In this document: positions 1 to 14,275 of the stretch, piece after piece
Position numbering within the stretch: the stretch's first letter is position 1
Layout of the letters: every line of letters begins with the position of its first letter
Origin: Escherichia phage Lambda
Sequence record: NC_001416.1
Strand: one strand, 5' to 3'
DNA length: 48,502 nt
Made by a program: the position numbers and the translations under genes
Notes under the pieces: model-generated
What the model saw: the letters and a program-made list of their open reading frames with translations, nothing else
Database searches by the model: none
Told to the model about the DNA's origin: nothing

Positions 1-12
1 GGGCGGCGACCT
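1..12 (+). other. cos: cosN left cohesive end (12-nt single-stranded overhang in virion DNA)
   Basis: Sequence gggcggcgacct at position 1; established lambda cos end. Confidence 0.9.
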
Positions 13-44
13 CGCGGGTTTTCGCTATTTATGAAAATTTTCCG

Positions 45-170
45 GTTTAAGGCGTTTCCGTTCTTCTTCGTCATAACTTAATGTTTTTATTTAAAATACC
101 CTCTGAAAAGAAAGGAAACGACAGGTGCTGAAAGCGAGGCTTTTTGGCCTCTGTCGTTTCCTTTCTCTGT
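45..170 (+). promoter_or_regulatory. cosB: cosB region: terminase small-subunit binding R elements (R3, R2, R1) upstream of nu1; approximate bounds
   Basis: Repeated cgtttcc / ggaaacg elements seen at about 53-66, 110-124 and 151-166. Confidence 0.7.
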
Positions 171-190
171 TTTTGTCCGTGGAATGAACA

Positions 191-710
191 ATGGAAGTCA
201 ACAAAAAGCAGCTGGCTGACATTTTCGGTGCGAGTATCCGTACCATTCAGAACTGGCAGGAACAGGGAATGCCCGTTCTGCGAGGCGGTGGCAAGGGTAA
301 TGAGGTGCTTTATGACTCTGCCGCCGTCATAAAATGGTATGCCGAAAGGGATGCTGAAATTGAGAACGAAAAGCTGCGCCGGGAGGTTGAAGAACTGCGG
401 CAGGCCAGCGAGGCAGATCTCCAGCCAGGAACTATTGAGTACGAACGCCATCGACTTACGCGTGCGCAGGCCGACGCACAGGAACTGAAGAATGCCAGAG
501 ACTCCGCTGAAGTGGTGGAAACCGCATTCTGTACTTTCGTGCTGTCGCGGATCGCAGGTGAAATTGCCAGTATTCTCGACGGGCTCCCCCTGTCGGTGCA
601 GCGGCGTTTTCCGGAACTGGAAAACCGACATGTTGATTTCCTGAAACGGGATATCATCAAAGCCATGAACAAAGCAGCCGCGCTGGATGAACTGATACCG
701 GGGTTGCTGA

Positions 711-736
<26 letters not shown>
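191..736 (+). CDS. nu1: Terminase small subunit gpNu1
   Basis: ORF track 191..736 (181 aa); first gene after cos; overlaps start of A. Confidence 0.95.
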
Positions 737-4417
<3,681 letters not shown>

Positions 4418-4437
<20 letters not shown>

Positions 4438-5737
4438 TCTCCCGCATATTGCCAGCATGGCCTTTAATGAGCCGCTGATGCTTGAACCCGCCTATGCGCG
4501 GGTTTTCTTTTGTGCGCTTGCAGGCCAGCTTGGGATCAGCAGCCTGACGGATGCGGTGTCCGGCGACAGCCTGACTGCCCAGGAGGCACTCGCGACGCTG
4601 GCATTATCCGGTGATGATGACGGACCACGACAGGCCCGCAGTTATCAGGTCATGAACGGCATCGCCGTGCTGCCGGTGTCCGGCACGCTGGTCAGCCGGA
4701 CGCGGGCGCTGCAGCCGTACTCGGGGATGACCGGTTACAACGGCATTATCGCCCGTCTGCAACAGGCTGCCAGCGATCCGATGGTGGACGGCATTCTGCT
4801 CGATATGGACACGCCCGGCGGGATGGTGGCGGGGGCATTTGACTGCGCTGACATCATCGCCCGTGTGCGTGACATAAAACCGGTATGGGCGCTTGCCAAC
4901 GACATGAACTGCAGTGCAGGTCAGTTGCTTGCCAGTGCCGCCTCCCGGCGTCTGGTCACGCAGACCGCCCGGACAGGCTCCATCGGCGTCATGATGGCTC
5001 ACAGTAATTACGGTGCTGCGCTGGAGAAACAGGGTGTGGAAATCACGCTGATTTACAGCGGCAGCCATAAGGTGGATGGCAACCCCTACAGCCATCTTCC
5101 GGATGACGTCCGGGAGACACTGCAGTCCCGGATGGACGCAACCCGCCAGATGTTTGCGCAGAAGGTGTCGGCATATACCGGCCTGTCCGTGCAGGTTGTG
5201 CTGGATACCGAGGCTGCAGTGTACAGCGGTCAGGAGGCCATTGATGCCGGACTGGCTGATGAACTTGTTAACAGCACCGATGCGATCACCGTCATGCGTG
5301 ATGCACTGGATGCACGTAAATCCCGTCTCTCAGGAGGGCGAATGACCAAAGAGACTCAATCAACAACTGTTTCAGCCACTGCTTCGCAGGCTGACGTTAC
5401 TGACGTGGTGCCAGCGACGGAGGGCGAGAACGCCAGCGCGGCGCAGCCGGACGTGAACGCGCAGATCACCGCAGCGGTTGCGGCAGAAAACAGCCGCATT
5501 ATGGGGATCCTCAACTGTGAGGAGGCTCACGGACGCGAAGAACAGGCACGCGTGCTGGCAGAAACCCCCGGTATGACCGTGAAAACGGCCCGCCGCATTC
5601 TGGCCGCAGCACCACAGAGTGCACAGGCGCGCAGTGACACTGCGCTGGATCGTCTGATGCAGGGGGCACCGGCACCGCTGGCTGCAGGTAACCCGGCATC
5701 TGATGCCGTTAACGATTTGCTGAACACACCAGTGTAA
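4418..5737 (+). CDS. C: Prohead protease/scaffold gpC (GTG start)
   Basis: ORF track 4283..5737; recognised start is GTG at 4418 (VTAELRN...), overlapping B stop. Confidence 0.88.
5132..5737 (+). CDS. nu3: Scaffolding protein gpNu3, in-frame nested within C
   Basis: In-frame ATG at 5132 inside C reading frame; established lambda nested gene. Confidence 0.85.
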   Translation: MDATRQMFAQKVSAYTGLSVQVVLDTEAAVYSGQEAIDAGLADELVNSTDAITVMRDALDARKSRLSGGRMTKETQSTTVSATASQADVTDVVPATEGENASAAQPDVNAQITAAVAAENSRIMGILNCEEAHGREEQARVLAETPGMTVKTARRILAAAPQSAQARSDTALDRLMQGAPAPLAAGNPASDAVNDLLNTPV

Positions 5738-5746
5738 GGGATGTTT

Positions 5747-6079
5747 ATGACGAGCAAAGAAACCTTTACCCATTACCAGCCGCAGGGCAACAGTGACCCG
5801 GCTCATACCGCAACCGCGCCCGGCGGATTGAGTGCGAAAGCGCCTGCAATGACCCCGCTGATGCTGGACACCTCCAGCCGTAAGCTGGTTGCGTGGGATG
5901 GCACCACCGACGGTGCTGCCGTTGGCATTCTTGCGGTTGCTGCTGACCAGACCAGCACCACGCTGACGTTCTACAAGTCCGGCACGTTCCGTTATGAGGA
6001 TGTGCTCTGGCCGGAGGCTGCCAGCGACGAGACGAAAAAACGGACCGCGTTTGCCGGAACGGCAATCAGCATCGTTTAA
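5747..6079 (+). CDS. D: Head decoration protein gpD
   Basis: ORF track 5741..6079; recognised start MTSKETF at 5747. Confidence 0.93.
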
Positions 6080-6134
6080 CTTTACCCTTCATCACTAAAG
6101 GCCGCCTGTGCGGCTTTTTTTACGGGATTTTTTT

Positions 6135-7160
6135 ATGTCGATGTACACAACCGCCCAACTGCTGGCGGCAAATGAGCAGAAATTTAAGTTTGATCCGCTG
6201 TTTCTGCGTCTCTTTTTCCGTGAGAGCTATCCCTTCACCACGGAGAAAGTCTATCTCTCACAAATTCCGGGACTGGTAAACATGGCGCTGTACGTTTCGC
6301 CGATTGTTTCCGGTGAGGTTATCCGTTCCCGTGGCGGCTCCACCTCTGAATTTACGCCGGGATATGTCAAGCCGAAGCATGAAGTGAATCCGCAGATGAC
6401 CCTGCGTCGCCTGCCGGATGAAGATCCGCAGAATCTGGCGGACCCGGCTTACCGCCGCCGTCGCATCATCATGCAGAACATGCGTGACGAAGAGCTGGCC
6501 ATTGCTCAGGTCGAAGAGATGCAGGCAGTTTCTGCCGTGCTTAAGGGCAAATACACCATGACCGGTGAAGCCTTCGATCCGGTTGAGGTGGATATGGGCC
6601 GCAGTGAGGAGAATAACATCACGCAGTCCGGCGGCACGGAGTGGAGCAAGCGTGACAAGTCCACGTATGACCCGACCGACGATATCGAAGCCTACGCGCT
6701 GAACGCCAGCGGTGTGGTGAATATCATCGTGTTCGATCCGAAAGGCTGGGCGCTGTTCCGTTCCTTCAAAGCCGTCAAGGAGAAGCTGGATACCCGTCGT
6801 GGCTCTAATTCCGAGCTGGAGACAGCGGTGAAAGACCTGGGCAAAGCGGTGTCCTATAAGGGGATGTATGGCGATGTGGCCATCGTCGTGTATTCCGGAC
6901 AGTACGTGGAAAACGGCGTCAAAAAGAACTTCCTGCCGGACAACACGATGGTGCTGGGGAACACTCAGGCACGCGGTCTGCGCACCTATGGCTGCATTCA
7001 GGATGCGGACGCACAGCGCGAAGGCATTAACGCCTCTGCCCGTTACCCGAAAAACTGGGTGACCACCGGCGATCCGGCGCGTGAGTTCACCATGATTCAG
7101 TCAGCACCGCTGATGCTGCTGGCTGACCCTGATGAGTTCGTGTCCGTACAACTGGCGTAA
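6135..7160 (+). CDS. E: Major capsid protein gpE
   Basis: ORF track 6108..7160; recognised start MSMYTTAQ at 6135. Confidence 0.95.
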   Translation: MSMYTTAQLLAANEQKFKFDPLFLRLFFRESYPFTTEKVYLSQIPGLVNMALYVSPIVSGEVIRSRGGSTSEFTPGYVKPKHEVNPQMTLRRLPDEDPQNLADPAYRRRRIIMQNMRDEELAIAQVEEMQAVSAVLKGKYTMTGEAFDPVEVDMGRSEENNITQSGGTEWSKRDKSTYDPTDDIEAYALNASGVVNIIVFDPKGWALFRSFKAVKEKLDTRRGSNSELETAVKDLGKAVSYKGMYGDVAIVVYSGQYVENGVKKNFLPDNTMVLGNTQARGLRTYGCIQDADAQREGINASARYPKNWVTTGDPAREFTMIQSAPLMLLADPDEFVSVQLA

Positions 7161-7201
7161 TCATGGCCCTTCGGGGCCATTGTTTCTCTGTGGAGGAGTC
7201 C

Positions 7202-7600
7202 ATGACGAAAGATGAACTGATTGCCCGTCTCCGCTCGCTGGGTGAACAACTGAACCGTGATGTCAGCCTGACGGGGACGAAAGAAGAACTGGCGCTCCGT
7301 GTGGCAGAGCTGAAAGAGGAGCTTGATGACACGGATGAAACTGCCGGTCAGGACACCCCTCTCAGCCGGGAAAATGTGCTGACCGGACATGAAAATGAGG
7401 TGGGATCAGCGCAGCCGGATACCGTGATTCTGGATACGTCTGAACTGGTCACGGTCGTGGCACTGGTGAAGCTGCATACTGATGCACTTCACGCCACGCG
7501 GGATGAACCTGTGGCATTTGTGCTGCCGGGAACGGCGTTTCGTGTCTCTGCCGGTGTGGCAGCCGAAATGACAGAGCGCGGCCTGGCCAGAATGCAATAA
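7202..7600 (+). CDS. FI: DNA packaging/head assembly protein gpFI
   Basis: ORF track 7163..7600; recognised start MTKDELIARL at 7202. Confidence 0.9.
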   Translation: MTKDELIARLRSLGEQLNRDVSLTGTKEELALRVAELKEELDDTDETAGQDTPLSRENVLTGHENEVGSAQPDTVILDTSELVTVVALVKLHTDALHATRDEPVAFVLPGTAFRVSAGVAAEMTERGLARMQ

Positions 7601-7611
7601 CGGGAGGCGCT

Positions 7612-7965
7612 GTGGCTGATTTCGATAACCTGTTCGATGCTGCCATTGCCCGCGCCGATGAAACGATACGCGGGTACATGGGAACGTCAGCCACCATTAC
7701 ATCCGGTGAGCAGTCAGGTGCGGTGATACGTGGTGTTTTTGATGACCCTGAAAATATCAGCTATGCCGGACAGGGCGTGCGCGTTGAAGGCTCCAGCCCG
7801 TCCCTGTTTGTCCGGACTGATGAGGTGCGGCAGCTGCGGCGTGGAGACACGCTGACCATCGGTGAGGAAAATTTCTGGGTAGATCGGGTTTCGCCGGATG
7901 ATGGCGGAAGTTGTCATCTCTGGCTTGGACGGGGCGTACCGCCTGCCGTTAACCGTCGCCGCTGA
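7612..7965 (+). CDS. FII: Head-tail connector protein gpFII
   Basis: ORF track 7612..7965 (117 aa). Confidence 0.93.
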   Translation: MADFDNLFDAAIARADETIRGYMGTSATITSGEQSGAVIRGVFDDPENISYAGQGVRVEGSSPSLFVRTDEVRQLRRGDTLTIGEENFWVDRVSPDDGGSCHLWLGRGVPPAVNRRR

Positions 7966-7976
7966 AAGGGGGATGT

Positions 7977-8555
7977 ATGGCCATAAAAGGTCTTGAGCAG
8001 GCCGTTGAAAACCTCAGCCGTATCAGCAAAACGGCGGTGCCTGGTGCCGCCGCAATGGCCATTAACCGCGTTGCTTCATCCGCGATATCGCAGTCGGCGT
8101 CACAGGTTGCCCGTGAGACAAAGGTACGCCGGAAACTGGTAAAGGAAAGGGCCAGGCTGAAAAGGGCCACGGTCAAAAATCCGCAGGCCAGAATCAAAGT
8201 TAACCGGGGGGATTTGCCCGTAATCAAGCTGGGTAATGCGCGGGTTGTCCTTTCGCGCCGCAGGCGTCGTAAAAAGGGGCAGCGTTCATCCCTGAAAGGT
8301 GGCGGCAGCGTGCTTGTGGTGGGTAACCGTCGTATTCCCGGCGCGTTTATTCAGCAACTGAAAAATGGCCGGTGGCATGTCATGCAGCGTGTGGCTGGGA
8401 AAAACCGTTACCCCATTGATGTGGTGAAAATCCCGATGGCGGTGCCGCTGACCACGGCGTTTAAACAAAATATTGAGCGGATACGGCGTGAACGTCTTCC
8501 GAAAGAGCTGGGCTATGCGCTGCAGCATCAACTGAGGATGGTAATAAAGCGATGA
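7977..8555 (+). CDS. Z: Tail completion protein gpZ
   Basis: ORF track 7977..8555 (192 aa). Confidence 0.93.
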   Translation: MAIKGLEQAVENLSRISKTAVPGAAAMAINRVASSAISQSASQVARETKVRRKLVKERARLKRATVKNPQARIKVNRGDLPVIKLGNARVVLSRRRRRKKGQRSSLKGGGSVLVVGNRRIPGAFIQQLKNGRWHVMQRVAGKNRYPIDVVKIPMAVPLTTAFKQNIERIRRERLPKELGYALQHQLRMVIKR

Positions 8556-8947
8556 AACATACTGAACTCCGTGCAGCCGTACTGGATGCACTGGAGAAGC
8601 ATGACACCGGGGCGACGTTTTTTGATGGTCGCCCCGCTGTTTTTGATGAGGCGGATTTTCCGGCAGTTGCCGTTTATCTCACCGGCGCTGAATACACGGG
8701 CGAAGAGCTGGACAGCGATACCTGGCAGGCGGAGCTGCATATCGAAGTTTTCCTGCCTGCTCAGGTGCCGGATTCAGAGCTGGATGCGTGGATGGAGTCC
8801 CGGATTTATCCGGTGATGAGCGATATCCCGGCACTGTCAGATTTGATCACCAGTATGGTGGCCAGCGGCTATGACTACCGGCGCGACGATGATGCGGGCT
8901 TGTGGAGTTCAGCCGATCTGACTTATGTCATTACCTATGAAATGTGA
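8552..8947 (+). CDS. U: Tail terminator protein gpU
   Basis: ORF track 8552..8947 (131 aa). Confidence 0.93.
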
Positions 8948-8954
8948 GGACGCT

Positions 8955-9695
8955 ATGCCTGTACCAAATCCTACAATGCCGGTGAAAGGTGCCGGGACCA
9001 CCCTGTGGGTTTATAAGGGGAGCGGTGACCCTTACGCGAATCCGCTTTCAGACGTTGACTGGTCGCGTCTGGCAAAAGTTAAAGACCTGACGCCCGGCGA
9101 ACTGACCGCTGAGTCCTATGACGACAGCTATCTCGATGATGAAGATGCAGACTGGACTGCGACCGGGCAGGGGCAGAAATCTGCCGGAGATACCAGCTTC
9201 ACGCTGGCGTGGATGCCCGGAGAGCAGGGGCAGCAGGCGCTGCTGGCGTGGTTTAATGAAGGCGATACCCGTGCCTATAAAATCCGCTTCCCGAACGGCA
9301 CGGTCGATGTGTTCCGTGGCTGGGTCAGCAGTATCGGTAAGGCGGTGACGGCGAAGGAAGTGATCACCCGCACGGTGAAAGTCACCAATGTGGGACGTCC
9401 GTCGATGGCAGAAGATCGCAGCACGGTAACAGCGGCAACCGGCATGACCGTGACGCCTGCCAGCACCTCGGTGGTGAAAGGGCAGAGCACCACGCTGACC
9501 GTGGCCTTCCAGCCGGAGGGCGTAACCGACAAGAGCTTTCGTGCGGTGTCTGCGGATAAAACAAAAGCCACCGTGTCGGTCAGTGGTATGACCATCACCG
9601 TGAACGGCGTTGCTGCAGGCAAGGTCAACATTCCGGTTGTATCCGGTAATGGTGAGTTTGCTGCGGTTGCAGAAATTACCGTCACCGCCAGTTAA
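8955..9695 (+). CDS. V: Major tail tube protein gpV
   Basis: ORF track 8925..9695; recognised start [10 protein letters not shown] at 8955. Confidence 0.93.
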
Positions 9696-9710
9696 TCCGG
9701 AGAGTCAGCG

Positions 9711-10133
9711 ATGTTCCTGAAAACCGAATCATTTGAACATAACGGTGTGACCGTCACGCTTTCTGAACTGTCAGCCCTGCAGCGCATTGAGCATCTCGCC
9801 CTGATGAAACGGCAGGCAGAACAGGCGGAGTCAGACAGCAACCGGAAGTTTACTGTGGAAGACGCCATCAGAACCGGCGCGTTTCTGGTGGCGATGTCCC
9901 TGTGGCATAACCATCCGCAGAAGACGCAGATGCCGTCCATGAATGAAGCCGTTAAACAGATTGAGCAGGAAGTGCTTACCACCTGGCCCACGGAGGCAAT
10001 TTCTCATGCTGAAAACGTGGTGTACCGGCTGTCTGGTATGTATGAGTTTGTGGTGAATAATGCCCCTGAACAGACAGAGGACGCCGGGCCCGCAGAGCCT
10101 GTTTCTGCGGGAAAGTGTTCGACGGTGAGCTGA
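9711..10133 (+). CDS. G: Tail assembly chaperone gpG
   Basis: ORF track 9711..10133 (140 aa). Confidence 0.93.
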   Translation: MFLKTESFEHNGVTVTLSELSALQRIEHLALMKRQAEQAESDSNRKFTVEDAIRTGAFLVAMSLWHNHPQKTQMPSMNEAVKQIEQEVLTTWPTEAISHAENVVYRLSGMYEFVVNNAPEQTEDAGPAEPVSAGKCSTVS

Positions 10134-10549
10134 GTTTTGCCCTGAAACTGGCGCGTGAGATGGGGCGACCCGACTGGCGTGCCATGCTTGCCGGGATGTC
10201 ATCCACGGAGTATGCCGACTGGCACCGCTTTTACAGTACCCATTATTTTCATGATGTTCTGCTGGATATGCACTTTTCCGGGCTGACGTACACCGTGCTC
10301 AGCCTGTTTTTCAGCGATCCGGATATGCATCCGCTGGATTTCAGTCTGCTGAACCGGCGCGAGGCTGACGAAGAGCCTGAAGATGATGTGCTGATGCAGA
10401 AAGCGGCAGGGCTTGCCGGAGGTGTCCGCTTTGGCCCGGACGGGAATGAAGTTATCCCCGCTTCCCCGGATGTGGCGGACATGACGGAGGATGACGTAAT
10501 GCTGATGACAGTATCAGAAGGGATCGCAGGAGGAGTCCGGTATGGCTGA
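9711..10549 (+). CDS. T: Tail assembly chaperone gpG-T fusion made by programmed -1 frameshift at slippery GGGAAAG (10109-10115); T part is 10115..10549
   Basis: G frame codons GCG GGA AAG read at 10107-10115; -1 frame ORF 10115..10549 (ORF track 10115..10549) continues to H start. Confidence 0.88.
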
Positions 10550-13103
10550 ACCGGTAGGCGATCTGGTCGTTGATTTGAGTCTGGATGCGGCCAGATTTGA
10601 CGAGCAGATGGCCAGAGTCAGGCGTCATTTTTCTGGTACGGAAAGTGATGCGAAAAAAACAGCGGCAGTCGTTGAACAGTCGCTGAGCCGACAGGCGCTG
10701 GCTGCACAGAAAGCGGGGATTTCCGTCGGGCAGTATAAAGCCGCCATGCGTATGCTGCCTGCACAGTTCACCGACGTGGCCACGCAGCTTGCAGGCGGGC
10801 AAAGTCCGTGGCTGATCCTGCTGCAACAGGGGGGGCAGGTGAAGGACTCCTTCGGCGGGATGATCCCCATGTTCAGGGGGCTTGCCGGTGCGATCACCCT
10901 GCCGATGGTGGGGGCCACCTCGCTGGCGGTGGCGACCGGTGCGCTGGCGTATGCCTGGTATCAGGGCAACTCAACCCTGTCCGATTTCAACAAAACGCTG
11001 GTCCTTTCCGGCAATCAGGCGGGACTGACGGCAGATCGTATGCTGGTCCTGTCCAGAGCCGGGCAGGCGGCAGGGCTGACGTTTAACCAGACCAGCGAGT
11101 CACTCAGCGCACTGGTTAAGGCGGGGGTAAGCGGTGAGGCTCAGATTGCGTCCATCAGCCAGAGTGTGGCGCGTTTCTCCTCTGCATCCGGCGTGGAGGT
11201 GGACAAGGTCGCTGAAGCCTTCGGGAAGCTGACCACAGACCCGACGTCGGGGCTGACGGCGATGGCTCGCCAGTTCCATAACGTGTCGGCGGAGCAGATT
11301 GCGTATGTTGCTCAGTTGCAGCGTTCCGGCGATGAAGCCGGGGCATTGCAGGCGGCGAACGAGGCCGCAACGAAAGGGTTTGATGACCAGACCCGCCGCC
11401 TGAAAGAGAACATGGGCACGCTGGAGACCTGGGCAGACAGGACTGCGCGGGCATTCAAATCCATGTGGGATGCGGTGCTGGATATTGGTCGTCCTGATAC
11501 CGCGCAGGAGATGCTGATTAAGGCAGAGGCTGCGTATAAGAAAGCAGACGACATCTGGAATCTGCGCAAGGATGATTATTTTGTTAACGATGAAGCGCGG
11601 GCGCGTTACTGGGATGATCGTGAAAAGGCCCGTCTTGCGCTTGAAGCCGCCCGAAAGAAGGCTGAGCAGCAGACTCAACAGGACAAAAATGCGCAGCAGC
11701 AGAGCGATACCGAAGCGTCACGGCTGAAATATACCGAAGAGGCGCAGAAGGCTTACGAACGGCTGCAGACGCCGCTGGAGAAATATACCGCCCGTCAGGA
11801 AGAACTGAACAAGGCACTGAAAGACGGGAAAATCCTGCAGGCGGATTACAACACGCTGATGGCGGCGGCGAAAAAGGATTATGAAGCGACGCTGAAAAAG
11901 CCGAAACAGTCCAGCGTGAAGGTGTCTGCGGGCGATCGTCAGGAAGACAGTGCTCATGCTGCCCTGCTGACGCTTCAGGCAGAACTCCGGACGCTGGAGA
12001 AGCATGCCGGAGCAAATGAGAAAATCAGCCAGCAGCGCCGGGATTTGTGGAAGGCGGAGAGTCAGTTCGCGGTACTGGAGGAGGCGGCGCAACGTCGCCA
12101 GCTGTCTGCACAGGAGAAATCCCTGCTGGCGCATAAAGATGAGACGCTGGAGTACAAACGCCAGCTGGCTGCACTTGGCGACAAGGTTACGTATCAGGAG
12201 CGCCTGAACGCGCTGGCGCAGCAGGCGGATAAATTCGCACAGCAGCAACGGGCAAAACGGGCCGCCATTGATGCGAAAAGCCGGGGGCTGACTGACCGGC
12301 AGGCAGAACGGGAAGCCACGGAACAGCGCCTGAAGGAACAGTATGGCGATAATCCGCTGGCGCTGAATAACGTCATGTCAGAGCAGAAAAAGACCTGGGC
12401 GGCTGAAGACCAGCTTCGCGGGAACTGGATGGCAGGCCTGAAGTCCGGCTGGAGTGAGTGGGAAGAGAGCGCCACGGACAGTATGTCGCAGGTAAAAAGT
12501 GCAGCCACGCAGACCTTTGATGGTATTGCACAGAATATGGCGGCGATGCTGACCGGCAGTGAGCAGAACTGGCGCAGCTTCACCCGTTCCGTGCTGTCCA
12601 TGATGACAGAAATTCTGCTTAAGCAGGCAATGGTGGGGATTGTCGGGAGTATCGGCAGCGCCATTGGCGGGGCTGTTGGTGGCGGCGCATCCGCGTCAGG
12701 CGGTACAGCCATTCAGGCCGCTGCGGCGAAATTCCATTTTGCAACCGGAGGATTTACGGGAACCGGCGGCAAATATGAGCCAGCGGGGATTGTTCACCGT
12801 GGTGAGTTTGTCTTCACGAAGGAGGCAACCAGCCGGATTGGCGTGGGGAATCTTTACCGGCTGATGCGCGGCTATGCCACCGGCGGTTATGTCGGTACAC
12901 CGGGCAGCATGGCAGACAGCCGGTCGCAGGCGTCCGGGACGTTTGAGCAGAATAACCATGTGGTGATTAACAACGACGGCACGAACGGGCAGATAGGTCC
13001 GGCTGCTCTGAAGGCGGTGTATGACATGGCCCGCAAGGGTGCCCGTGATGAAATTCAGACACAGATGCGTGATGGTGGCCTGTTCTCCGGAGGTGGACGA
13101 TGA
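10542..13103 (+). CDS. H: Tail tape measure protein gpH
   Basis: ORF track 10542..13103 (853 aa). Confidence 0.95.
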   Translation: MAEPVGDLVVDLSLDAARFDEQMARVRRHFSGTESDAKKTAAVVEQSLSRQALAAQKAGISVGQYKAAMRMLPAQFTDVATQLAGGQSPWLILLQQGGQVKDSFGGMIPMFRGLAGAITLPMVGATSLAVATGALAYAWYQGNSTLSDFNKTLVLSGNQAGLTADRMLVLSRAGQAAGLTFNQTSESLSALVKAGVSGEAQIASISQSVARFSSASGVEVDKVAEAFGKLTTDPTSGLTAMARQFHNVSAEQIAYVAQLQRSGDEAGALQAANEAATKGFDDQTRRLKENMGTLETWADRTARAFKSMWDAVLDIGRPDTAQEMLIKAEAAYKKADDIWNLRKDDYFVNDEARARYWDDREKARLALEAARKKAEQQTQQDKNAQQQSDTEASRLKYTEEAQKAYERLQTPLEKYTARQEELNKALKDGKILQADYNTLMAAAKKDYEATLKKPKQSSVKVSAGDRQEDSAHAALLTLQAELRTLEKHAGANEKISQQRRDLWKAESQFAVLEEAAQRRQLSAQEKSLLAHKDETLEYKRQLAALGDKVTYQERLNALAQQADKFAQQQRAKRAAIDAKSRGLTDRQAEREATEQRLKEQYGDNPLALNNVMSEQKKTWAAEDQLRGNWMAGLKSGWSEWEESATDSMSQVKSAATQTFDGIAQNMAAMLTGSEQNWRSFTRSVLSMMTEILLKQAMVGIVGSIGSAIGGAVGGGASASGGTAIQAAAAKFHFATGGFTGTGGKYEPAGIVHRGEFVFTKEATSRIGVGNLYRLMRGYATGGYVGTPGSMADSRSQASGTFEQNNHVVINNDGTNGQIGPAALKAVYDMARKGARDEIQTQMRDGGLFSGGGR

Positions 13104-13429
13104 AGACCTTCCGCTGGAAAGTGAAACCCGGTATGGATGTGGCTTCGGTCCCTTCTGTAAGAAAGGTGCGCTTTGGTGATGGCTATTCTCAGCGAGCGCC
13201 TGCCGGGCTGAATGCCAACCTGAAAACGTACAGCGTGACGCTTTCTGTCCCCCGTGAGGAGGCCACGGTACTGGAGTCGTTTCTGGAAGAGCACGGGGGC
13301 TGGAAATCCTTTCTGTGGACGCCGCCTTATGAGTGGCGGCAGATAAAGGTGACCTGCGCAAAATGGTCGTCGCGGGTCAGTATGCTGCGTGTTGAGTTCA
13401 GCGCAGAGTTTGAACAGGTGGTGAACTGA
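13100..13429 (+). CDS. M: Tail tip assembly protein gpM
   Basis: ORF track 13100..13429 (109 aa). Confidence 0.93.
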   Translation: MKTFRWKVKPGMDVASVPSVRKVRFGDGYSQRAPAGLNANLKTYSVTLSVPREEATVLESFLEEHGGWKSFLWTPPYEWRQIKVTCAKWSSRVSMLRVEFSAEFEQVVN

Positions 13430-14127
13430 TGCAGGATATCCGGCAGGAAACACTGAATGAATGCACCCGTGCGGAGCAGTCGGCCAGCGTGGTGCTCTGG
13501 GAAATCGACCTGACAGAGGTCGGTGGAGAACGTTATTTTTTCTGTAATGAGCAGAACGAAAAAGGTGAGCCGGTCACCTGGCAGGGGCGACAGTATCAGC
13601 CGTATCCCATTCAGGGGAGCGGTTTTGAACTGAATGGCAAAGGCACCAGTACGCGCCCCACGCTGACGGTTTCTAACCTGTACGGTATGGTCACCGGGAT
13701 GGCGGAAGATATGCAGAGTCTGGTCGGCGGAACGGTGGTCCGGCGTAAGGTTTACGCCCGTTTTCTGGATGCGGTGAACTTCGTCAACGGAAACAGTTAC
13801 GCCGATCCGGAGCAGGAGGTGATCAGCCGCTGGCGCATTGAGCAGTGCAGCGAACTGAGCGCGGTGAGTGCCTCCTTTGTACTGTCCACGCCGACGGAAA
13901 CGGATGGCGCTGTTTTTCCGGGACGTATCATGCTGGCCAACACCTGCACCTGGACCTATCGCGGTGACGAGTGCGGTTATAGCGGTCCGGCTGTCGCGGA
14001 TGAATATGACCAGCCAACGTCCGATATCACGAAGGATAAATGCAGCAAATGCCTGAGCGGTTGTAAGTTCCGCAATAACGTCGGCAACTTTGGCGGCTTC
14101 CTTTCCATTAACAAACTTTCGCAGTAA
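13429..14127 (+). CDS. L: Tail tip protein gpL
   Basis: ORF track 13429..14127 (232 aa). Confidence 0.93.
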   Translation: MQDIRQETLNECTRAEQSASVVLWEIDLTEVGGERYFFCNEQNEKGEPVTWQGRQYQPYPIQGSGFELNGKGTSTRPTLTVSNLYGMVTGMAEDMQSLVGGTVVRRKVYARFLDAVNFVNGNSYADPEQEVISRWRIEQCSELSAVSASFVLSTPTETDGAVFPGRIMLANTCTWTYRGDECGYSGPAVADEYDQPTSDITKDKCSKCLSGCKFRNNVGNFGGFLSINKLSQ

Positions 14128-14275
14128 ATCCCATGACACAGACAGAATCAGCGATTCTGGCGCACGCCCGGCGATGTGCGCCAGCGGAGTCGTGCGGCTT
14201 CGTGGTAAGCACGCCGGAGGGGGAAAGATATTTCCCCTGCGTGAATATCTCCGGTGAGCCGGAGGCTATTTCCGT

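Noticed and set aside
13327-14139. 270-aa ORF antisense to L (similar antisense ORFs at 12696-13361, 11100-11678, 771-1538, 2830-3270)
   Set aside because: Overlap established structural genes on the opposite strand in GC-rich sequence; no recognisable motifs.
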